Source of the DNA: Octopus sinensis
Taxonomy: Eukaryota
Direction: 5' to 3'
Length of the DNA: 10,344 nucleotides
Assembly (NCBI RefSeq): GCF_006345805.1
Contig: NW_021827443.1
Coordinates: forward strand, 1 to 10,344
In this document: one piece after another, positions 1-7,430 of the stretch
Layout of the letters: each line of letters starts with the position of its first letter
Numbering within the stretch: position 1 is the stretch's first letter
Translations under genes and position numbers: made by a program
Notes under the pieces: generated by a model
The model's input: the letters and a program-made list of their open reading frames with translations, nothing else
What the model was told of the DNA's origin: nothing
Database searches by the model: none

Positions 1-22
1 GGGTTTTGTGGGTGGGGTGTCA

Positions 23-970
23 TCAATCTGGTTGCCGGGTAGGTCTATAGTTCTTGTAGTTCGCATACTTCATATGCAGCACAATTTGGGAGTGTTTCTG
101 AGATTTGTTAAGGAGGGCCTTTGGCGAACAAGATCTCTAGGCTCTCCGATATGCAGAGGTCACGCAGGTATGGGCCTCCTGTGTATGAGCGCGCCTTCTG
201 TAGTATTTCCACTTGGTCTTGAAGGGATGGAATTCCTTTAAGGTACATTGTGGCGGCGAGGGTAGTTTGGTTGGATTTATCCTGTCGCCGGAACGAGTGT
301 GTTTGTGCGTACAAACGGGTCTTAAAGCTGTTTGACGTCATTCCTATGTAGGATTTTCTTTTATCGTCAGGGCCTGATCTTACCTCGCATGTATATACTA
401 GGTCCCTCTGTAGGCAGTTGTTGTTGAGGGGGCAGGTAGTTTTATCAGGGCAGTTGCAATTGCTATCGGACGTGGATGGGCCTCGGAAAAAGTAGGTATG
501 TTAAGTTTTTTCACATTGTTGTTGGCTAGGTTCCTGGCTAGATTGGCGTGGTAGAGTAGGAGAGTCTGATATTGTTCTTATTTAGGATAGTGTATGTACT
601 TATGTTGGGTGGGGAAGTGTTTCTGTAGGAGAGTGAAGAAGATTTTAGCTACAGGTGTAGCGACCTCACGGTTGAAGGGGGGGTTGTACCAGCTAATGTG
701 TCTTCGTCTATTTTTCCTAGGTTGGCGTGGGCTATACTAGTATAGGTAATCTTATCTTTGAAGCCACTGCGGGCCAGGGCCTCGTTGTAATAGGGGGCTG
801 CGGCCTTAAAGATATCTTCCGTTGGCGGACAGGCTAGAAATTCTAATTGAGACACTTTTACTAGGTTATCTAATATTTTTTGGTGGGGTGTTGGAATTAA
901 TATCTATATTAAGGGATTCATTCGGTTTGTGGTACGGGTAATAAAGTGAGGTTTTTGATGTCACCCTCGA
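23..970 (-). mobile_element. Degenerate 5'-truncated Penelope-like retroelement: RT thumb/linker plus C-terminal GIY-YIG endonuclease (pseudogenised, about 9 frameshifts)
   Basis: Manual minus-strand translation across frameshifts gives DIKNLT/YYPYHKPNE..NSN.PPKILDNLVK/VSIRISSLSAN/EDIFKAAAPYYNEALARSGFKDKITY/PRKNRRRHISWYNPPF (WYNPPF at 691-674)..KHFP../ILNKNNIRLSYSTTP/..CNC (458-450) PDKTTCPLNNNCLQRDLVY (401-393) TCEV..KSYIG (350-342) MTSNSFKTRL..DLCISE.LEIL/LLNK. Stop TGA at 25-23. These are PLE RT-to-GIY-YIG signature motifs. Track ORFs 649..855 and 108..341 are fragments of it. Confidence 0.93.
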
Positions 971-1380
971 CATATATATATGTGTGGTATGTGTAGGTAT
1001 GCATGGGTACACATATGTGTATATATATGTGTATATATTATATATATATATGTGTATGTATATAATGTATATGTATGTGTATGTATGTATATATATGTGT
1101 ATGTATGTGTATGTGTGGGTGTTTTATATATGTTGTGTATGTGTATATATGTGTATATAGGGACTAGTGTGCTGTGTGTGCATGTGTGTGTATGCGTGTA
1201 TGTGAGTATATGTTGTGTATGTGTATATATATATTTTTCTGTGTGTATATGTATGTGTGTTCGTGTGTGTATAATACATGTGTGTATACGTGTATGCAGT
1301 GAGTGTGTGTATGTATACTATATATGTGTATGTGTAAGATATGTATATGTATGTGTGAGTGTACTATGTGTGTATTTGTA
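971..1380. repeat. Mixed (TA)n/(TG)n/(TATG)n microsatellite
   Basis: Directly visible low-complexity sequence. Confidence 0.95.
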
Positions 1381-1428
1381 GAGGATAAGTGAGAATCTCC
1401 TATTTACCTAAAACTCTATTCCCCCCTT

Positions 1429-1430
1429 TA

Positions 1431-1475
<45 letters not shown>

Positions 1476-1586
1476 TATTTTTTTTTATGTTTATTTTTAT
1501 TTTTTATATTTTTTATATATATTTTTTTATTTTTTATTTTTTTATTTTTTATTTTTTATTTTTTATTTTTTATTTTTTTATTTATT
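1429..1586. repeat. (TA)n followed by (TTTTTA)n-type low-complexity tract
   Basis: Directly visible: TA at 1429-1472, T-rich at 1472-1586. Confidence 0.95.
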
Positions 1587-1870
1587 CTCCTATCTAATTT
1601 AAACACTGACTCCTTGACCACTCCCCCAAGTATGATTTTTTGCGCTATGCCTACCCCCAAAATAGTCCCCCACCAACACCCCCCTTTAAACCTGCCTAAA
1701 TGTATAAATGCCAATACAATTCTTGTTAACTAGCTTCCTGAAGATTTCTCTTGAATGAAACAGTTCTAGTCCTGTAGAAGCTCCTTCTATATAATAAATT
1801 AATTTTACTCTGCTATGTATTGAGTACCTTATTTACTGTGGTTAACCCCGAATCAAACCCGGGACCTACA
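1587..1870 (+). mobile_element. Probable PLE 3' UTR / pseudo-LTR segment
   Basis: C/A-rich + strand like the PLE sense strand. Contains an HHR motif (1732-1782), then AATAAA (1793-1798), and ends at a TA tract. Boundaries are approximate. Confidence 0.55.
1732..1782 (+). ncRNA. Type I hammerhead ribozyme motif
   Basis: Stem I AGCTTC(1732-37)/GAAGCT(1777-82); core CTGAAGA(1738-44); stem II TTC/GAA with a U-U closing pair; GAAA(1757-60); stem III CAG/CTG; GTA cleavage triplet ending at 1776. Confidence 0.8.
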
Positions 1871-1899
1871 TAGTATATTTATATAATATATTATATATA

Positions 1900-2307
1900 T
1901 ATATATATATAAAGCTGAAGTTGTCTGTGTGTATGGCAGGTTTGGTAGCCTTCAACTAACACTATCTCTCCTAGAGCCCCTGCAGCGCAGTTGACCAAAA
2001 TTGGAGAGTATGATAGAAGAAGGCTTGCTCTTTCCTTCCGTAGAAGAAAAAGTTCAAATCTGACCATGTTAACACCAAAATTTATTTACTTACTTCAAAA
2101 AGGTGTTTTTTTTTCTATGAAATCCCTATTTTTACGATTTTTTTGACTGTTGTGTCGTCCTTTTTTTTCGGTGTATTTCAACCAGAAATGTTCACTTTAA
2201 AGAGAAAACACTCACTATGCAAATGCACAATTTTTACTTTTCAAAAATTCAAATTCTAAAGGGTCGAAAAGAAAACAAACCCGAGCAACGCCGGGCTGTA
2301 CTGCTAG
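1900..2307 (+). mobile_element. Non-autonomous Helitron
   Basis: 3' GC-rich hairpin CCCGAGCAACGCCGGG (2280-2295), 8 nt spacer, then CTAG (2304-2307) followed by T. The 5' region TATATATAAAGCTGAAG merges into a TA tract, so the 5' TC is not resolvable. Confidence 0.75.
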
Positions 2308-2645
2308 TATATATATATAATTATTATTATAATTTAGGGTAGCTAAGAGATACCGCCACGCTGGAAATAGCAGCCAAAACTTGACTCTAAAACCACATTA
2401 AATGTTCATACAGCACCAGGAGAGAAGACAAAAATGACAAAATAAACTAAAAAAATTACTGGATAATTTCTGGCTTTGCAAAAGCCACGCCACATGGTCA
2501 TCCAACGATAGAGCGGACTCTTTAGGTCCGAAATCGAACATGGACTGTCGCTTTGAATTCGAACACTGCACCCTTAGTATTCTCCCTTGTAAAAAATGTT
2601 ATAGCGAGTGCCCAAACTGCACCATCACTATCAGCATGTCTGGTC

Positions 2646-2727
2646 CACACACACATACACACAGACACGCACACACACTCCTCTCTCTCTCACGCATACT
2701 CACACACACCTACACACTCACACACTC
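2646..2727. repeat. (CA)n/(CT)n microsatellite
   Basis: Directly visible. Confidence 0.9.
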
Positions 2728-2776
2728 ATTGTTTTCTCCAAGTAGATAGTTTTCTTATCTTGTCTACTCATCTTCC

Positions 2777-2811
2777 TTGACGAAGAACTATTTCCCCGAA
2801 ACGTCGATAAG
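2777..2811 (+). ncRNA. Degenerate minimal hammerhead-like motif
   Basis: TTGACGA-A-(13 nt)-GAAA-CG-TC. C3 is replaced by T and stems I/II pair poorly. Confidence 0.35.
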
Positions 2812-3198
2812 CCTTTTTTCTTGGCTTCGTTGGCTTTGTTACTGCTTGTCTTTTTTTGTTCTCTTCGTTTGTCCTGACTGACATAGATTAAAGCCCACGA
2901 TAGCATGCACGCTAGAAGACCCACACAGTAATAATTAGACAGCTAGAAGTAATAAGAGGAGGTAATTAGAAAGAAAACAGTTGTAATAACAGAGGGAAAA
3001 ATGAAATAGCGAGAGATAGAGGAGAAAAGAAAAGAAAGATGCGAGAGAGATGTAACTTAATAAATGAAATAAGTCAATTCAATTTTAAATTCTTTAATAC
3101 ATATTTCGTTTCTTTTTATATTTACAAAAAATTTATTTATCTCCAAACGTGCTTTTCAAATTAGCTGTAACAAAGAATTTTATATTCACAGTATTGTT

Positions 3199-3229
3199 GA
3201 CGTTTCGCTGTTCGGCTCCTCTTCATCAG
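3199..3229 (-). ncRNA. Minimal hammerhead-like motif (intact core, decayed stems)
   Basis: Minus strand reads CTGATGA-A-GAGGAGCCGAACAGC-GAAA-CG-TC. Stem I flanks do not pair. Confidence 0.45.
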
Positions 3230-3395
3230 GCGAAATGGTTTATTCTACGATGTGAGAATCCTGTGACATGTAGTGTGTTGCTGAATATTTGTAAAAGACA
3301 AACTTAAGACAGTTTCAAATACTATATTCACGTTCGCAGGTGTTTGATTATGAAGACCGCATTAATAATTCTGACCATTGAAAGCAAAATCTAAA

Positions 3396-3472
3396 TACAC
3401 ACATACATACATGCATACATACATACATACATACATACATACATACATACATACATACACATACATACAAAC

Positions 3473-3548
<76 letters not shown>

Positions 3549-3586
3549 ATATTATATAAATATATATATACATATATATATATATA
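3396..3586. repeat. (CATA)n then (TA)n microsatellite
   Basis: Directly visible. Confidence 0.95.
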
Positions 3587-3850
3587 CATCTTTACCTTGA
3601 TATCTCACCTACTTTCCTCCTCGTGTTTGACTCTTCTGTCCGGCGCTAGTCGCCATGATAGACCATTAGCCACTACACACATTTTTTCCTCTCCTTGTTT
3701 CTCTCCTTATTTTTTCTGTGTCCCTTTCTGTAGAAGAGCGTAGGCTCGAAACGTAAAAGACTTTTTCTATTCTTGAGCGTTATACTAATACATCTGTTTG
3801 TTTTGTACACCACCTGTCTTCATCTTTTGTTTTTTTCGTAAACTCTCCCT
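3587..3850 (+). mobile_element. Short PLE-related 3'-end/pLTR element embedded in (TA)n
   Basis: Non-microsatellite island flanked by (TA)n on both sides, carrying a minimal HHR motif at 3724-3759 and a T/C-rich tail. Resembles an abundant octopus repeat (from memory). Confidence 0.6.
3724..3759 (+). ncRNA. Minimal type I hammerhead motif with variant core CUGUAGA
   Basis: Stem I CTTT/AAAG; CTGTAGA(3728-34)-A; stem II GAGC-GTAG-GCTC; GAAA(3748-51)-CG-TA; palindromic ACGT stem III. Confidence 0.65.
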
Positions 3851-3907
3851 ATATATATATATATATACATACTACACTCACACTATGTATACATATACAT
3901 TACATAC

Positions 3908-3963
<56 letters not shown>

Positions 3964-3975
3964 ACACATATATAT
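3851..3975. repeat. (TA)n/(CA)n microsatellite
   Basis: Directly visible. Confidence 0.9.
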
Positions 3976-4193
3976 TACGATGTGTCCCTCTCTTAAATTA
4001 ACATATGAAAGGGGAGCAGAAAATTTTACCTTACGTTTACTGAAAAGAAAAGTATTGGCGAAATTAATAACTGTCTCATAAAAGAGTCTATCCGGCTTAG
4101 ATTCAATTCATTATATATACAAACGTACATGCATACGTTCATATATAGGATTAAGGTATATATTCACGCACACAGACACATTTAAATACAAAA

Positions 4194-4606
4194 TTGCACA
4201 CACACCTACATACATATATGTCTTTATATATATATACATACATATATATGCATGTATATATATACTCATATATATATATATACATGTCTATATATACACT
4301 TATATGTACTTATATAGCCGTACATAAAGATATATATATACACACACAAATATACATATATAAGTACATATACATATATGCGCATACATACATATATACA
4401 TGCATACATGCATATACATATATATACAGGCATATGTACACAGATATGTATCAATACATATACATGTATATTATATATATATATGTATATATTATATATA
4501 TATATATTGTAAATATATATATGTATATATATATATGTATATATATATGTATATATATATATGTATATATATATGTATATATATCTATATATCTATATAT
4601 CTATAT

Positions 4607-4637
<31 letters not shown>

Positions 4638-4707
4638 ATATATATATATTATATATTAATATACTGGTACAACAATGCACCAGTATTTACTGGCAATAGC
4701 AGTCGAT

Positions 4708-4748
<41 letters not shown>

Positions 4749-4786
4749 TATATATATATTATATATATATAAATAATATATATATT
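4194..4786. repeat. Long degenerate (TA)n/(TACA)n tract
   Basis: Directly visible. Interrupted by a non-TA island at 4661-4706. Confidence 0.93.
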
Positions 4787-4911
4787 CATGTATAGTTTTA
4801 AAATGAACAATGCAAATCGATGGTTTGTCATGACTATTTCGGGTCAGGATCTTTCATTCAACACTAGAAACCATCTTCTTGTATTGTTCTGTATATATAT
4901 ATATATAATTT

Positions 4912-5887
4912 AGGTATGTAGAAAAATACAACATGGACAAGAACGTATAACTCTTTGAAGACGATACAATAAACACGGACAGGACAATCGAAAACCCTCT
5001 TCTTCAGTCAAGAACCGGATCATCGTAGTAATTTCGGCTGATTAATCTTGAGATTACTAGATCACGGCCAGCCCTCCAAGAAAAACTAAGCAACGAGCAT
5101 TAGAAAAACTAAGCTGGGAGCGTAGATTTCCTGGAAGAAGATCGAATGCATACGAACAACCGGGACAGGCAGCAAAAGGGACGAATATATAAAAGGCAAA
5201 AAAAATAATTGAATACAGAAACATGAAATACAGAAGCTTAACGGTGAAAACAACAAGTGTCTTACGACTGATAACAAGCAAACAAATTTTCTCTGGCGCA
5301 TTGGAAGGAGCCTTATCGCGATGCCTTGGCGGCGGACGAAAAACAACGATGTTAACACGTCGCTGGTGGGAAGCTGAGAGGCAGATTTCGGCCAGCGGTC
5401 ACGTGACAGAGAAGAGAGAAAAGAAAAGAAAGAGAAGCAAAGGAAGGAAGAGAGAGAGAGAGAAGAGAGAGAGAGAGGAGGGACAAACGCAACAAGGGGA
5501 GAGAAGAGAGAGAAAGAAGGAATCAGAGAGGAGAAGGGATGGGTGTCGAAGATTGACCTGTGAGTGCAGAGCGAGACAAAGAAATGGAAGGGTAGGGGAA
5601 GTGTAGACCAAAGAATCAGAGGAAAGAGAAGAGAAAAAGAGGATGAGTAGAGAGAAAAGAGAGAGAAGGGGACAGATCAAGTAAAAGTGAGAGAGAGAGA
5701 GACAAACAGAGAGTCGTACCAATTTTTAAGAATATGTGCTCACATTAATGTTAAGAGGGTACGTAGCGCCTGGAATATATATTAAGGTATGTAGAAAAAT
5801 ACAACATGGACAAGAACGTATAACTCTTAGAAGACGATACAATAAACACGGACAGGACAATCGAAACCCTCAGTCTTCAGTCAAGAA
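4912..5887. mobile_element. Non-coding element flanked by 103-bp direct repeats (pLTR/LTR-like), inserted in (TA)n
   Basis: 4912-5014 and 5785-5887 are direct repeats with about 3-4 differences. (TA)n lies immediately outside both ends. No credible internal ORF. Confidence 0.7.
5408..5710. repeat. Purine-rich (AG/GA)n low-complexity tract
   Basis: Directly visible. Confidence 0.9.
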
Positions 5888-5903
5888 TATATATATATAT
5901 ATA

Positions 5904-6115
5904 CAGTTGCGGCCAAAATGTTCAGAACGGCATTGTTTTCGTCAGAAAAGTAAGTATAAGTTTTTATCAAAGTAGTTTTAAATTCAATAATTTTCACAGA
6001 CAATAAATACAATATTAATTGTTATTGTCTGAGATTTTGGTGGAATTTGAGAGGATAATACAAAAGTTATGGATGATTTAGTGATTTACTGCAAAACCCA
6101 TGGCGGCCAAAATGA
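5904..6115 (+). mobile_element. Solo Tc1/mariner-like terminal inverted repeat region
   Basis: TA|CAGTTGCGGCCAAAATG start is typical of Tc1 TIRs after a TA target. The 12-mer GCGGCCAAAATG recurs at 6103-6114. No partner TIR was found in the window. Confidence 0.5.
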
Positions 6116-6177
6116 TCTATGATTACATTTGAATTTTCAAGAAGAGAAACGCTTGAAAATTCAAATGTAATCATAGA
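6116..6177. repeat. Perfect 26-bp inverted repeat with 10-nt loop
   Basis: 6116-6141 is the exact reverse complement of 6152-6177. Confidence 0.95.
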
Positions 6178-6264
6178 ATTATTTTATCTCCCACAAGAAA
6201 CATCTTACCAAGGACAGTTCCTTTTTAACCCTGAAGAAGGATGGACAATGGTTACGTGTGAGCA

Positions 6265-6370
6265 ACGAGAGAAAGAGAGAGAGAGAGAAGAGAGAGAAAA
6301 GGGAAAGAGGGGAGAGAGAGACAGATAGAAAATGGTGAAGGAGGGGAAGAAAGAGAATTAGAGAAGGATA
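6265..6370. repeat. (AG)n-rich tract
   Basis: Directly visible. Confidence 0.85.
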
Positions 6371-7189
6371 TATATAAGACCAAAGATTACCAGGTATCTT
6401 ACTTTTAGTTTACATTGTTTGGCCTTTTACATCTTTCAACATTATATTCCATATACAATGCTTCAAGCAAACTATAAAATCTTATTATGTAAGTATTATA
6501 TCGGACCACAATTTAATGCTACAAGAAAATACGTAACCTCATACTTAGCGATGAATGATTGGTTTCTTTGTGACTTAACCGGTTAAACGACCATCCCTTC
6601 TTTACTGGAGAGATGACAAGCAATCAGTTATGTTTATATATATATATTGAATGGGTGTACTGAAAGAAGAACAAGAGTTGAGGGTTGGACGAAGGTGATT
6701 ATAGGTTGAAGGAAAGGTTGGGATGTGTAGGGGAGATTTGGCGATCAGGCGTGAAATCGCAGTTTATTTATTTATTTTTTTTGTAATCGTCTGTTTATGG
6801 AAAACCCAAGCAGACGATGTGAGAAACAACGAGAAAAGAGTCGGCAGAAAGAGAGGACATGAAACGAAGTCCTCATTATCTGACTATGTGTGTGCGTGTT
6901 GTGTGTGTTGTGTGGTGGGGTTATTTAGGCCAGAAATGAGGTCGAATTCTGCCTAGTTATTATGATCATAAACAAAATGTTATTTCGAAATTCTCGACAT
7001 TAATGTAACGCATCAATGAACATCGTCGTCCCACGTCAATGTGACGCTAACCTCACCTCACCCCCCCTCATCCTTACTCCACTCAACTCCTTCACTGGTT
7101 CAACTTACGATGCCCCACTTAACACTTCAGTGAACTTCTTCAGCGATTTCTCTTTGGATACTTCGGGTACGTTGGTCTTTAATATATTG

Positions 7190-7236
7190 GAGGTGGTGGT
7201 GGTGGTCATAGTGGTGGTGATGGTGACGATGATGGA
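7190..7236. repeat. (GGT/GAT)n trinucleotide repeat
   Basis: Directly visible. Confidence 0.85.
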
Positions 7237-7260
7237 GGATAGTGTTAGGGTGCTACCCTC

Positions 7261-7338
7261 TTTACTCTCTTTTACTTGTTTCAGTCATTTGACTGCGGCC
7301 ATGCTGGAGCACCGCCTTTAGTCGAGCAACTCGACCCC
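7261..7338 (-). mobile_element. 5'-truncated SINE 3' tail fragment
   Basis: Minus strand reads GGGTCGAGTTGCTCGACTAAAGGCGGTGCTCCAGCATGGCCGCAGTCAAATGACTGAAACAAGTAAAAGAGAGTAAA. Recognised from memory as the tail of an abundant octopus SINE. Confidence 0.7.
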
Positions 7339-7430
7339 TTACCAACTACTTACCAAATATGCTCATATATTTGTCGAAGAATGTGAGTGTAGGGGGGTGT
7401 TTTGTACCCATATATATATATATATATTAC

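Noticed and set aside
8-241. 77-aa + strand ORF
   Set aside because: Antisense shadow of the PLE endonuclease
2337-2400. Possible SINE-internal remnant (GAGATACCGCCACGCTGGAAATAGCAGCCAAA)
   Set aside because: Only vaguely recalled similarity; too short to support without a search
2501-2545. HHR-like GGAC..GTCC-GAAA-TCGAAC
   Set aside because: Stem II plus GAAA are present, but there is no CUGANGA core and no NUH triplet
3340-3382. Possible small exon after TTCACGTTCGCAG
   Set aside because: Stops are reached quickly in all frames, no donor site, no recognisable peptide
980-4831. Many long ORFs rich in Y/I/V/C/H/T (980-1381, 1389-1733, 3362-3743, 4194-4831, etc.)
   Set aside because: Translations of TA/TG/CA microsatellites, which lack stops in some frames; no protein-like complexity
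4832-4861. Minus-strand HHR-like TTGAATGA..GACCC-GAAA-TAGTC
   Set aside because: Needs several corrections in the core and all stems; indistinguishable from chance
5001-5007. CTGAAGA (minus) here and at 5874-5880 as hammerheads
   Set aside because: No downstream GAAA or stem II/III arrangement could be folded
4917-5010. TG...CA LTR/TRIM interpretation of the direct repeats
   Set aside because: No PBS (TGG) after the first repeat, no PPT before the second, and homology extends past the TG/CA
5223-5722. 127-aa and 107-aa ORFs
   Set aside because: Driven by the AG-rich low-complexity tract
7016-7321. 101-aa ORF
   Set aside because: Includes a GGT repeat and an antisense SINE tail; no motif
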